From assembly GCA_029279945.1 (NCBI GenBank), contig JAJUHK010000008.1, positions 11,212-75,211 of the forward strand: 64,000 bases of DNA, given 5' to 3'. A model generated the notes under the pieces. The model worked only from the letters and a program-made list of their open reading frames with translations, searched no databases and was not told the origin of the DNA. Shown in pieces: positions 33,085 to 42,867 of this stretch. Numbering within the stretch: the stretch's first letter is position 1; every line of letters begins with the position of its first letter. The translations under genes were made by a program, and so were the position numbers. The stretch is from Pseudidiomarina indica (GTDB lineage: Bacteria; Pseudomonadota; Gammaproteobacteria; Enterobacterales; Alteromonadaceae).

Positions 33085-33187
33085 AGCCCACGTTACAGGT
33101 ACAACTAACCGTTATGTGAATGGTTGTTGTGGTTCGCGGGGAAGCCCGGAACTACTGTCGTGAACTTTACCCAAAGAGATATTCTTA
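33085..33187 (+). promoter_or_regulatory. Structured rplM 5' leader (possible L13 autoregulatory element)
   Basis: Pairing caactaacc/ggttgttg (33102-33129) and ggttc-g-cggg-gaag-cccg-gaact (33133-33155). Confidence 0.4.
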
Positions 33188-33616
33188 ATGAGTACATTTG
33201 TAGCAAAACCAGAAACTGTCAAACGTGACTGGTATGTCATTGACGCTGAAGGTAAAACTTTAGGTCGTTTAGCAACTGAGGTTGCTCGTCGTTTACGTGG
33301 TAAGCACAAGCCAGAGTACACGCCTCACGTTGATACTGGTGATTACATCATCATTGTTAACGCTGAAAAAGTGAACGTGACTGGTCGTAAAGCGCAAGCC
33401 AAAATGTATTATTCGCACACGGGTTACCCAGGTGGTTTGAAGTCAATCAATTTTGAAAAATTGATTGCTAAGAAGCCTGAAATGGTAATTCAGAAAGCGG
33501 TGAAAGGTATGATGCCTAGTGGTCCATTGGGTCGTGCCATGTTCCGTAAACTGAAAGTGTACGCGGGTGCGGAGCACAATCACGCTGCTCAGCAACCAAA
33601 GCAACTTGAAATTTAA
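33188..33616 (+). CDS. rplM: 50S ribosomal protein L13
   Basis: [15 protein letters not shown] and [14 protein letters not shown]. Confidence 0.99.
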   Translation: MSTFVAKPETVKRDWYVIDAEGKTLGRLATEVARRLRGKHKPEYTPHVDTGDYIIIVNAEKVNVTGRKAQAKMYYSHTGYPGGLKSINFEKLIAKKPEMVIQKAVKGMMPSGPLGRAMFRKLKVYAGAEHNHAAQQPKQLEI

Positions 33617-33633
33617 GACGGAGCATGAAAACT

Positions 33634-34026
33634 ATGGCACAGAATCAATACTACGGTACTGGTCGTCGCAAAAGCTCAACTGCACGCGTTTTTCTGCGTC
33701 CAGGTAGCGGCAACATCAGCATCAACAACCGCAGCTTAGAAGAATACTTCGGCCGTGAAACAGCTCAGATGATTGTTCGTCAACCACTTGAGTTAGTTGA
33801 TATGGTTGAAAAGTTTGACTTATACATCACTGTTAAAGGTGGCGGTTCAAGCGGTCAAGCTGGCGCAGTACGCCACGGCATTACCCGTGCGTTGATGCAA
33901 TACGACGAAGCTTTACGCGGTGACTTACGTCGCGCGGGTTATGTAACTCGTGACGCGCGTCAAGTTGAACGTAAGAAAATCGGCTTGCACAAAGCGCGTA
34001 AGCGTCCACAATTCTCGAAGCGTTAA
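33634..34026 (+). CDS. rpsI: 30S ribosomal protein S9
   Basis: [10 protein letters not shown] and C-terminal RKRPQFSKR. Confidence 0.99.
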   Translation: MAQNQYYGTGRRKSSTARVFLRPGSGNISINNRSLEEYFGRETAQMIVRQPLELVDMVEKFDLYITVKGGGSSGQAGAVRHGITRALMQYDEALRGDLRRAGYVTRDARQVERKKIGLHKARKRPQFSKR

Positions 34027-34052
34027 TTCTTCAGAATTTGCAGTACGACAAG

Positions 34053-34080
34053 AACCCGGCCACCGTGCCGGGTTTTTTAT
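34053..34080 (+). terminator. Intrinsic terminator of rplM-rpsI
   Basis: aacccggc-caccgt-gccgggtt followed by TTTTAT. Confidence 0.9.
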
Positions 34081-34110
34081 TTGCTGCCTCACTGCGGCCG
34101 AGGCAGTCAA

Positions 34111-34263
34111 TATTACTCAGAGTATGAGCCGAGCTTCTTTGAGTACATCGAAGTTGATTACAACAAGACAAGAAGGCATAGTGCTATTGGCTATCCCAGC
34201 CCAGAGAACTTTGAATTAAAAAATAGTGCTTAGCAAAGTATCCAAAAGTACTGGTACGGATCA
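34111..34263 (+). mobile_element. IS3-family insertion sequence remnant (transposase C-terminus plus right inverted repeat)
   Basis: Frame 34132-34233 reads SFFEYIEVDYNKTRRHSAIGYPSPENFELKNSA*, the typical IS3-family OrfB end. It is followed by gtatccaaaagtactggtacggatca (34238-34263), which ends in the IS3-type GATCA. Confidence 0.85.
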
Positions 34264-34374
34264 AAGCCCATGTCGTTATCTTCAGCGTCGCGCTGCAGAT
34301 CTGATCGACGCTGACTTAAAGATGCTTGCCGCCTTATGCAGCGTGATCTTCCGCAAGTGTTTATGTCATTATCC

Positions 34375-34403
34375 TTGTAAACAGGAGGGCATTTCTTTAT
34401 CAT
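34375..34403 (+). promoter_or_regulatory. Candidate sigma70 promoter of petABC
   Basis: TTGTAA (34375-34380)-N17-TATCAT (34398-34403). Confidence 0.5.
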
Positions 34404-34519
34404 TTGGAGGCATTTTATATTGCCGCTCACCTAGCTTTATATGGGTGGGTCTATCGCAGCAGCTAATTACTGACTCCGCAACGATGTTTTGCGGGGCGTC
34501 CAAACTGGAGAGTAAGTGG

Positions 34520-35110
34520 ATGAGCAATGCGCCTGTAGATAAAGGCCGCCGTCGTTTTCTGACTGTCGCGACATCTGTCGTTGGGGCAGCCGGCGCGGTG
34601 GGTGTTGCCGTTCCTTTCATTGCATCGTGGAACCCGAGTGAAAAAGCGAAAAACGCGGGTGCCCCAGTGGAAGTGAACATTGGAAAAACCGAACCGGGTC
34701 AATTGATTCGCGTCGAATGGCGTGGTCAACCAGTCTGGGTTGTACGACGCACCCCAGAAATGCTGGCCTCATTAGAAACATTGAATGATAAGCTTCGTGA
34801 TCCAAATTCTGACGAACCACAACAGCCTGAGTACGCAAAAAACCTTCATCGCTCACGCAAAGAAGAGTACTTTATTGCGGTTGGTATCTGTACCCACCTT
34901 GGTTGTTCACCACAGTATTTAGAAAATACTATGGGTGAGCTGGTTGAGGGTGCGCAGGGTGGTTTCTTCTGCCCATGTCACGGGTCAACATTTGATATTG
35001 CGGGTCGAGTATTCCAAGGTGTCCCAGCACCTTATAACTTAGTGATCCCACCTCACTATTACATCAACGATACGACCATTTTGGTTGGTGAAGATGGGGA
35101 GCAAGCCTAA
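34520..35110 (+). CDS. petA: Ubiquinol-cytochrome c reductase Rieske Fe-S subunit
   Basis: Tat signal (GRRRFL), CTHLGC and CPCHGS; ATG at 34520 after GGAG. Confidence 0.97.
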   Translation: MSNAPVDKGRRRFLTVATSVVGAAGAVGVAVPFIASWNPSEKAKNAGAPVEVNIGKTEPGQLIRVEWRGQPVWVVRRTPEMLASLETLNDKLRDPNSDEPQQPEYAKNLHRSRKEEYFIAVGICTHLGCSPQYLENTMGELVEGAQGGFFCPCHGSTFDIAGRVFQGVPAPYNLVIPPHYYINDTTILVGEDGEQA

Positions 35111-36372
35111 TGAACAAACTCATTGCCTGGTTTGACGAACGTATTCCGATGACCAAAACGTGGAATATCCACTTAGCTCAATATCCAGCTCCCAAAAACT
35201 TTAACTTTTGGTATATCTTTGGTGTTCTTGCTACCTTAGTTTTAGTGAACCAAATCCTTACCGGTATTTGGTTAACGATGAACTACGTACCAACCGGCGA
35301 AGGCGCATTCGCATCGGTTGAATTCATCATGCGAGACATCGAGTACGGTTGGTTACTTCGTTACATGCATTCCACTGGTGCATCGGCATTCTTTATTGTC
35401 GTCTATTTGCACATGTTTCGTGGTATGATGTATGGCTCGTACCAAAAACCACGTGAGCTGCTGTGGATCTTTGGTATGCTGATTTTCCTCGTGCTGATGG
35501 CCGAGGCTTTCATGGGCTACCTGTTACCATGGGGGCAAATGTCATACTGGGGTGCGCAAGTTATCATTTCCTTGTTCGGTGCGATACCGATTATTGGTGA
35601 TGACCTGACGTTATGGATTCGGGGTGACTACGTTATTTCTGGTGCAACCCTTAACCGCTTCTTCGCACTTCATGTTATTGCATTACCATTAGTGTTAGTG
35701 ATTTTGGTGTTCTTACACATCATTGCCTTGCACGAAGTAGGCTCTAACAACCCAGAAGGTATTTCGATTAAGAAGCCAAAAGGTTCAGTGCCTGAATCAG
35801 AAAAGCCGAAATTCAAGTTCCATGAGCGCTTTACTAAGAAGTACGACATCGTCGATGCGTTCCCATTCTTCCCGTACTACATCGTGAAGGATTTAGTGGG
35901 CATTGCCGTGTTCTTATTCTTCTTCTGTTATGTGATCTTCTTTGCTCCAGCCATGGGTGGTATGTTCCTTGAGCCACCAAACTTTGAAGCTGCGAACCCA
36001 TTGAAGACTCCTGAGCATATTGCACCGGTTTGGTACTTCACGCCGTTCTATGCAATTTTGCGTGCAGTTCCCGATAAACTGATGGGCGTAATCCTGATGT
36101 TCGGTGCCATCGTTGCGCTGTTCGTATTGCCATGGCTCGATCGCGGTACAGTACGTTCAGTTCGTTACCGCAGCGGTTTCCATAAAGTGAACTTGACGAT
36201 TTTCGCAATTAGCTTCATCGCGCTAGGGTACCTAGGCTTGAAACCAGCGACCGAGGTGTACACTTTCTTTGCGCGGGTCTTCACCTTCTTGTACTTCGCG
36301 TTCTTTGTACTGTTGTTCTTCTACAGTAAGAATGAGAAGTGTAAGCCAGTTCCAGAGAGGATTACTAAGTGA
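35110..36372 (+). CDS. petB: Cytochrome b
   Basis: RYMHSTGAS, YLHMFRG, GQMSYWGA, FFALHVI and PEHIAPVWY. Confidence 0.97.
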   Translation: MNKLIAWFDERIPMTKTWNIHLAQYPAPKNFNFWYIFGVLATLVLVNQILTGIWLTMNYVPTGEGAFASVEFIMRDIEYGWLLRYMHSTGASAFFIVVYLHMFRGMMYGSYQKPRELLWIFGMLIFLVLMAEAFMGYLLPWGQMSYWGAQVIISLFGAIPIIGDDLTLWIRGDYVISGATLNRFFALHVIALPLVLVILVFLHIIALHEVGSNNPEGISIKKPKGSVPESEKPKFKFHERFTKKYDIVDAFPFFPYYIVKDLVGIAVFLFFFCYVIFFAPAMGGMFLEPPNFEAANPLKTPEHIAPVWYFTPFYAILRAVPDKLMGVILMFGAIVALFVLPWLDRGTVRSVRYRSGFHKVNLTIFAISFIALGYLGLKPATEVYTFFARVFTFLYFAFFVLLFFYSKNEKCKPVPERITK

Positions 36373-37118
36373 TGAAAAAGTTAATCAAAAGCACTCTGCT
36401 GGTCGCCGCATCACTGTGGGCAGTTGCTACCTTAGCAGCTGGCCCAACAGTACCGCTGGATAAAGCGAAGATCGATCTGCATGACAAAGCCTCATTGCAA
36501 CGAGGCGCACAATTGTTTATGAACTACTGCTTAGGTTGTCACTCCATGCAGTACCAACGCTACAACCGGACCTTCAGAGATTTGGAAATTCCGGAAGAGT
36601 TGGGTATGGAAAATCTACAATTTACCGGTGAGAAAGTAGGTGATCTGATTACTAACGCCATGGCCAGCACGGATGCCAGTAATTGGTTTGGTACACCTGC
36701 ACCAGACTTAACGCTTGTTGCGCGGGTTCGTGGGGCAGACTGGATCTACACTTACTTGCGTTCATTTTACGCCGATGATTCACGTCCTTTCGGCGTCAAT
36801 AACGCGGTATTCCCAAATGTGGGTATGCCACACGTTTTAGAAGAATTACAAGGGATTCCACGGCAAACCTATGAGCGTCGTTTGGTCGATGGCCAAATGA
36901 CCGATGTTTACGTAGGTATCAAAACCGATGGTTCTGGTATGTTGACCTCAGAAGAATATGATCGTGCGGTCAACGACTTGACCAACTTCTTGGTTTACAC
37001 GGGTGAGCCGATGATGTTGGAGCAGCGTCGCATCGGTTGGTACGTGTTCGGGTTCCTTGCAGTATTCTTAGTGTTCTCAGTATTACTGAAACGCGAATTC
37101 TTTAAGGACGTGAAATAG
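36372..37118 (+). CDS. petC: Cytochrome c1
   Basis: Signal peptide, CLGCH heme motif, VGMPHVL and C-terminal TM. Confidence 0.96.
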   Translation: MKKLIKSTLLVAASLWAVATLAAGPTVPLDKAKIDLHDKASLQRGAQLFMNYCLGCHSMQYQRYNRTFRDLEIPEELGMENLQFTGEKVGDLITNAMASTDASNWFGTPAPDLTLVARVRGADWIYTYLRSFYADDSRPFGVNNAVFPNVGMPHVLEELQGIPRQTYERRLVDGQMTDVYVGIKTDGSGMLTSEEYDRAVNDLTNFLVYTGEPMMLEQRRIGWYVFGFLAVFLVFSVLLKREFFKDVK

Positions 37119-37134
37119 TTATATGGAGATGAAC

Positions 37135-37764
37135 ATGTCGGTTGCGGCAAACAAGCGGTCTGTTATGACCTTGTATTCGAGCGTAAATGACTTACGCAGC
37201 CATCAAACACGTATTGTGATTGCAGAAAAAGGTGTGGGTGTTGAAATTGTCTACGTGGAGCCAGGCGAATTGCCGGAAGATCTGATGCAATTAAACCCAT
37301 ATCCTGATGCGTTACCAACGTTGGTGGATCGTGAGTTAGTGCTGTACAACGCTCATATCATCATGGAATACCTTGATGAGCGTTTTCCGCATCCGCCATT
37401 GATGCCTGTCTATCCAGTCGCTCGTGGTACCAGTCGTTTGATGATGTATCGTATTCAACGTGACTGGTACGCCTTGGCTGATAAAATTTTAGCGGGCGGT
37501 AAAGGGGTTGAAGTCGCACGGCAAGAGCTACGCGAGGGTATCTTAGCGTTGGCTCCCTTGTTTGCTGATACACCTTTCTTCATGAGCGAAGAATTTAGCT
37601 TGGTAGACTGCTATCTCGCACCATTATTATGGCGCTTACCTATCTATGGCATCCAGCTGGAAGGCAACGGTGCTAAAGAAGTCAAAGCCTATATGGTTCG
37701 TATTTTCGAACGCGAATCATTCCAACAATCACTCACTGAAACTGAACGAGATATAGTCCGGTGA
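37135..37764 (+). CDS. sspA: Stringent starvation protein A
   Basis: ANKRSVMTLYS, YLDERFPHPPLMPVYPVARG and GST fold. Confidence 0.96.
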   Translation: MSVAANKRSVMTLYSSVNDLRSHQTRIVIAEKGVGVEIVYVEPGELPEDLMQLNPYPDALPTLVDRELVLYNAHIIMEYLDERFPHPPLMPVYPVARGTSRLMMYRIQRDWYALADKILAGGKGVEVARQELREGILALAPLFADTPFFMSEEFSLVDCYLAPLLWRLPIYGIQLEGNGAKEVKAYMVRIFERESFQQSLTETERDIVR

Positions 37765-38153
37765 GTGATCGTGCCATGACCCCACGTCGCCCGTACCTTG
37801 TACGGGCGATATACGACTGGATCGTCGATAATCAACTGACACCACATTTAGTAGTTAATGCTGAGTACCCAGGTTGTGATGTCCCGCGGGATTTTGTGCA
37901 AGATGGCCAAATTATTTTGAACGTTTCCCCAACGGCCGTGGCGAAACTGCAGATGAACATTGACGCTATTGAATTCAATGCTCGCTTCTCTGGTCGCGAC
38001 GCGAAGGTTTATATTCCGATGGGTGCAGTGCTGGCACTATACGCGCGTGAAAATGGTGCAGGAACCATTTTCGAACCTGAATCATATTATGACCAAGAGC
38101 AAGAGAAGCCGAAGCAAAAGCCCTCCGGCCCCCATTTGCGCGTAGTGAAATAG
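37761..38153 (+). CDS. sspB: ClpXP adaptor SspB
   Basis: RPYLVRAIYDWIVDN and C-terminal HLRVVK ClpX-binding motif. Confidence 0.95.
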   Translation: MSDRAMTPRRPYLVRAIYDWIVDNQLTPHLVVNAEYPGCDVPRDFVQDGQIILNVSPTAVAKLQMNIDAIEFNARFSGRDAKVYIPMGAVLALYARENGAGTIFEPESYYDQEQEKPKQKPSGPHLRVVK

Positions 38154-38173
38154 CGCCGCTTAGCGGCGTATTT
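38148..38173. terminator. Probable bidirectional terminator between sspB and dolP
   Basis: aaata-g-cgccgc-tta-gcggcg-tattt. Confidence 0.6.
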
Positions 38174-38744
38174 CGAATGCGTCAATGACGCGTTTGACAT
38201 CATTAGTATTACGTGTGATTTCAATCGCGTGATCAGCGACTTCACGCGTTACAATTCCCATTAATGCGACTTCCGCATTTTCCGTTACCACCTTGATATC
38301 GGTGGCTTTAATCATTTCATCGGTGACAAATTTAGCTTTGATTTTACTGGTGATGTAGGTGTCTTTACTAATCTGTCCAAGTGAGATAACCGGCGCAACT
38401 TGTAATTCATTATGCACGCGTTGAACCCCTTCCACATTACGCACAATATGCGTCGCTAGGTCACGCAGTGAACTATCACTCACTTGACCCAGTAATAGTA
38501 CTGCACGATTGAATGAAACCACTTGTACCCGTGAATTATCGAGGCGGTCTTCACCTTTTAACGCGGTAATAGTACGAATTTCAATGGTTTGATCATCGAG
38601 TTGCGTTCCCACGCTACGGGTGTCGGTGGCTGCTGAAATACCGACCGCAGTGGCGCCCACCAGCGCGGCCGCACAGCCACTTAAACCTACGACGATGGCG
38701 GTGCTAAGTAACGTACTTAAAATGAGTTTACGTGCCTGTGTCAT
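38160..38744 (-). CDS. dolP: BON-domain outer membrane lipoprotein DolP (YraP)
   Basis: Lipobox LSGC, two BON domains (RSVGTQLDD; DTYITSKIKA); last gene of the lpoA-yraN-diaA operon. Confidence 0.9.
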   Translation of the reverse strand: MTQARKLILSTLLSTAIVVGLSGCAAALVGATAVGISAATDTRSVGTQLDDQTIEIRTITALKGEDRLDNSRVQVVSFNRAVLLLGQVSDSSLRDLATHIVRNVEGVQRVHNELQVAPVISLGQISKDTYITSKIKAKFVTDEMIKATDIKVVTENAEVALMGIVTREVADHAIEITRNTNDVKRVIDAFEIRR

Positions 38745-39314
38745 TTAGTCTGTCTCCTGTGGGAAGATTCGGTGTTCCGCCACACTGCATAGCATGTTGG
38801 CGATCTGTAATAGATGCTCGCTTGCCCGGGCTGTGTTGTAGGTCGGGATCCTGATTTCAACATCGTCTGGGCCAAGTAATCCTGCAATATCTTCGTCGCT
38901 ACTTTGCGTAATTGCAATAATTAACATATTCCGGCCTAATGCTGCCTCCATGGCGCGGCTCACCCGCGGTGCACGTGCCGATGCATTGAACACAACTAAG
39001 ACATCATCAGACTGACCAACCGCTTGAATTTGCTGTGCAAACATTCGATCATAGTCTAATGCGCCATAATCAGCATGCAATGATGTGACCGGGAAAGGTG
39101 GTCGTTCAAAACTCAATCCAGTCAACATGATATGCGCAAAGTGGCGCGATGTAGCATGCGCTAATCCTTCCCCACAGCAGTACACGCGCCGCCCTTGTAA
39201 CAATGAGCTAACAAGCAAGTTACACGCGGCTTCTATGGGCTCATGCAACATATCTGCTGCGGCAATTTGGGTTTGAATACATTCCGTGAATAAGGTCTTA
39301 ATTGGATCTTGCAT
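38745..39314 (-). CDS. diaA: DiaA/GmhA-family SIS-domain protein with degenerate sugar-phosphate loops
   Basis: IKTLFTECIQTQIAAA, ERPPFP, AGLLGPDDVEIRIP and yraO synteny. The usual GNGxS and STxGNS loops read GEGLA and NASARA. Confidence 0.75.
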   Translation of the reverse strand: MQDPIKTLFTECIQTQIAAADMLHEPIEAACNLLVSSLLQGRRVYCCGEGLAHATSRHFAHIMLTGLSFERPPFPVTSLHADYGALDYDRMFAQQIQAVGQSDDVLVVFNASARAPRVSRAMEAALGRNMLIIAITQSSDEDIAGLLGPDDVEIRIPTYNTARASEHLLQIANMLCSVAEHRIFPQETD

Positions 39315-39323
39315 ATTACCTCA

Positions 39324-39674
39324 TTAAAATGCGTCCTGTAGCCACTTGGCTTGTTGCGTACTAACCACCACTGCCACCACGTCAAAGCGCATTGCCGTCG
39401 TATGCTCGTTTAACTGGTGTTCTAACAAGTAATACTGAGCGCTGCGTCGAATCCTTTGACATTGAGCAGCGGTGATCTGTTCCAATGTATGGGCGAACTC
39501 TTCATCATGGCGACTTTTAACTTCCACGAACACCCATCGGTGTTGGTCTCGCATGATTAAGTCAATTTCGCCCATGTCACAGCGATAATTACTTACCACA
39601 TGCGTAAGACCATGCTCTTCAAGCAGTTTGCGAGCCATCGTCTCGCCGAAGTTACCGGTAGTTTTGCGTGACAT
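39324..39674 (-). CDS. yraN: YraN family (UPF0102) putative nuclease
   Basis: GNFGE, NYRCDMGEIDLIMRD, VFVEVK, RFDVVAV and WLQDAF. Confidence 0.93.
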   Translation of the reverse strand: MSRKTTGNFGETMARKLLEEHGLTHVVSNYRCDMGEIDLIMRDQHRWVFVEVKSRHDEEFAHTLEQITAAQCQRIRRSAQYYLLEHQLNEHTTAMRFDVVAVVVSTQQAKWLQDAF

Positions 39675-39696
39675 TCCTTGTCCTATTGTTACTCGT

Positions 39697-41544
39697 TTAA
39701 CGGCTCACGACTTCGTGACCACGAAACCGTGCCCATTGCAGTTGCCGTACGATTTGTTGCTGCTGCACTCGTAACTCACCGGTGAGGCCATTGGCGGCAA
39801 GTCCTGGCATCGTCTGTAATAAGGGTAAATATTGGCTCAGCAACAATGCATCATGACCAAAGGCCGCCAAGCGTGCATTGCTATAGTTCCAATGGGTACG
39901 TTGTGCGAGCACCTGCTCCAATTCCCTTTGTTCTGGATGGCCTGGTAATAACCATGGGGCATCGGTAAAGCGAACATTATCTAAATCATTTTCACTCAAA
40001 TTATTCCGTAGGGTATGGCTACCAGAATTGGCGTATACTGGAAGTGGGGTCATAAACGCCGCAATGTTGACGTCAATAAATGGCTTTAATAAGCGGGTCT
40101 GCTCAATCCCACCGACTAAATAAACCGCATCAATGTCGGCTCTACTACGGGGCTGCGCATCAACGATAATTTTTCCTGCGGCAATCTTTACTTGATATAT
40201 ACGCGCTTCACTATCGCTCACGCCGAGCTGCTCTTGCACCGCCGTTTTCATTTCCTCAGTGGTACTGTAGAGGCCTACAGACAGCGCTGCATGGTCGGCA
40301 AATTGGGCTTGCCACGCTTGCTGGAAGACGTCTGTTAACTGCTGCCCCCGGTTATTGGCTGGCGCGAAAATTAACGGGTGCCGATGCCCTTGTTGAGCGA
40401 TAAATGTGGCGGCTTGGCGGATTTCTGTTTCAGTATCCAACGCGAAAAAATGTTGCTGGGGCAACACGTGCTGTAACTCACCGCTAGGCTCATTCAACGT
40501 CAACCAGGGCAAATCTTGTGGTAATTGACTGGCATCGATTTGGGTAATATTAGGCTTCAATAAAGGCCCAATCAACACATCGGCTTGGTGCTGTTGCAGC
40601 AGTTCGGGTAGCGTTGCAAAATCCAGATTGTTGGTATCAACAAACTGTGCGTGTACGTGGGGTAACCGCGCCAACCCTTTCACTAAGCCATCTTGTACGG
40701 CTAACCCTTGTTCGGCGTATTGCCCTGTCAATGGGAGCAGCACCAGCACGCGCTGCCGTGGCTGTGCTGTAAGCGTTAGCAACTTCGCAGTAACAAATTG
40801 GCCAGGGTGCTGTGGAAAATCTTGTTGCCACTGTGTGATAAGTTGCGTGAGATCGGCTGGATTCCTGCGGGCGCGATGCAGTTGCTGAATTAAACCTGCC
40901 CATCCGGCGACCTCACGCGTGCGCAAGCCAGTCGGGGGTAGGCTCAGATTGTTAGGGTTACGTATCATTTTTAGTACGTCCCACACTTGCTCTGGCGTAC
41001 GGGCATCTGGATCAGTATTTAGCCATTGTAATTGGTAGGTTGCGGCTTGCTCCCATTGGCCTTGTGCTGCTGCCGCGCGAATGGATAACTCCAAGGCTTG
41101 GCTGGGGAAATAGGGTGTTAGGCGTGTGGTTACCAAGGGTTCAAGCAGGCGTTGAACATAGGGCCAACGATTATCCTGTGCGGCAAAGCGCGCTTCGAGT
41201 AACGCTAACAAGTGTTGCTGCTCTAGCGTCAATGACGGCGCAGGGAAGTAGCGTTCCACTTGCCCTAAAATCGCGGCACTTTGCTGCCATTGCTGATCGC
41301 GCTGGAAGGTTGCCGCTGCTTGTAATAGCGCCTCCACTTGCGCGGTGCCGCTCGCTTGGGCAGCAACAGCGAGCCATTCTTGGGCACTCCGTGACTGTTG
41401 CTGCAATGGAACGTCAACCAGCACGGGGTCGCGGTTGTCGACTGGCGCAGTGGAAGTCGTTGAACGCGGTGAACTGGTGCACGCAGTTAATCCAAGAATA
41501 ATCATGCACAGTAGTAACTTCTTTGGCACAATAGTAACTGACAT
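39697..41544 (-). CDS. lpoA: Penicillin-binding protein activator LpoA
   Basis: Lipobox LTAC, VLLPLTG, LIGPLLKPNI, RLAAFGHDA and GLTGEL; divergent from rsmI. Confidence 0.9.
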   Translation of the reverse strand: MSVTIVPKKLLLCMIILGLTACTSSPRSTTSTAPVDNRDPVLVDVPLQQQSRSAQEWLAVAAQASGTAQVEALLQAAATFQRDQQWQQSAAILGQVERYFPAPSLTLEQQHLLALLEARFAAQDNRWPYVQRLLEPLVTTRLTPYFPSQALELSIRAAAAQGQWEQAATYQLQWLNTDPDARTPEQVWDVLKMIRNPNNLSLPPTGLRTREVAGWAGLIQQLHRARRNPADLTQLITQWQQDFPQHPGQFVTAKLLTLTAQPRQRVLVLLPLTGQYAEQGLAVQDGLVKGLARLPHVHAQFVDTNNLDFATLPELLQQHQADVLIGPLLKPNITQIDASQLPQDLPWLTLNEPSGELQHVLPQQHFFALDTETEIRQAATFIAQQGHRHPLIFAPANNRGQQLTDVFQQAWQAQFADHAALSVGLYSTTEEMKTAVQEQLGVSDSEARIYQVKIAAGKIIVDAQPRSRADIDAVYLVGGIEQTRLLKPFIDVNIAAFMTPLPVYANSGSHTLRNNLSENDLDNVRFTDAPWLLPGHPEQRELEQVLAQRTHWNYSNARLAAFGHDALLLSQYLPLLQTMPGLAANGLTGELRVQQQQIVRQLQWARFRGHEVVSR

Positions 41545-41638
41545 CTTGTATTCACCCGTGTTTCTAGCAATGGGTGATACTATAAACTGTACAGCTCAGC
41601 TTAACAACGATGCTAGCTAGTTCTTACCCGGGGTTAAC

Positions 41639-42490
41639 ATGACGAATTCAACATCGGGGTGCCTCTATTTGGTTCCCACGCCCATTGGCAACTTAGCCGA
41701 TATCACTGAACGTGCGCTAACCATCCTACGTCAATGTGATGCCATCGCTGCTGAAGATACCCGTCATAGTGGACAATTGTTGCAGCATTACGGCATCCAC
41801 ACCCCCATGTTTGCGCTGCATGATCACAATGAGCGGCAACGCGTTGCGCAGGTGGTCGACCGTTTACAACAGGGTGAAAATATCGCCCTGATATCCGATG
41901 CAGGCATGCCACTGATTAGTGATCCGGGGTATGTATTGGTATCCCAATGCCGCCAGCTGGGTATTCCGGTCACGGCATTACCAGGCGCTTGTGCGGTGGT
42001 AACAGCACTCGCTGCATCGGGGTTGCCCACCGACCGATTTGCCTTCGAAGGGTTCCTGCCAGCGAAACCACAGCAACGCCGTAAGCGTTTACAAGAACTG
42101 CTGTTAGAACCGCGTACCTTAATTTTTTATGAGTCGCCCCATCGGATTGTGGAGGCATTGGCCGACATTGCAGCCGTAGTGGGTAGTGAGCGCCCCTGTG
42201 TGCTCGCGCGTGAACTATCAAAACAGTTTGAAACCTATTTAACTGGAACGGTAGCCGAGGTGCAGCAGCAAGTGCTGGCCGATGCTAACCAGCAACGCGG
42301 CGAAATGGTGCTTATGTTAGGCGGTGCGGTAGCCACCGAGACTGACACCGCAACAACTGAAGCGCTGGCAACCTTAGCTATTTTACGGCGTGAGTTACCG
42401 TTAAAAAAAGCGGCAGCACTGGCGGCAGAAATTCATGGAGTGCGTAAAAATGCGCTATATCAGCTAGCGCTAGACGCTGATAATCAGTAG
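41639..42490 (+). CDS. rsmI: 16S rRNA C1402 2'-O-methyltransferase
   Basis: [34 protein letters not shown] and FYESPHR. Confidence 0.96.
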   Translation: MTNSTSGCLYLVPTPIGNLADITERALTILRQCDAIAAEDTRHSGQLLQHYGIHTPMFALHDHNERQRVAQVVDRLQQGENIALISDAGMPLISDPGYVLVSQCRQLGIPVTALPGACAVVTALAASGLPTDRFAFEGFLPAKPQQRRKRLQELLLEPRTLIFYESPHRIVEALADIAAVVGSERPCVLARELSKQFETYLTGTVAEVQQQVLADANQQRGEMVLMLGGAVATETDTATTEALATLAILRRELPLKKAAALAAEIHGVRKNALYQLALDADNQ

Positions 42491-42500
42491 AATGCCCGCG

Positions 42501-42852
<352 letters not shown>

Positions 42853-42867
42853 CATCCCTTTCAACGC

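Noticed and set aside
33950-34519. ORF 33950-34219, ORF 34230-34430 (minus) and the 98-codon upstream extension of petA
   Set aside because: These cross a terminator, the IS scar and a promoter region. PetA has a clear ATG at 34520 with RBS and Tat motif.
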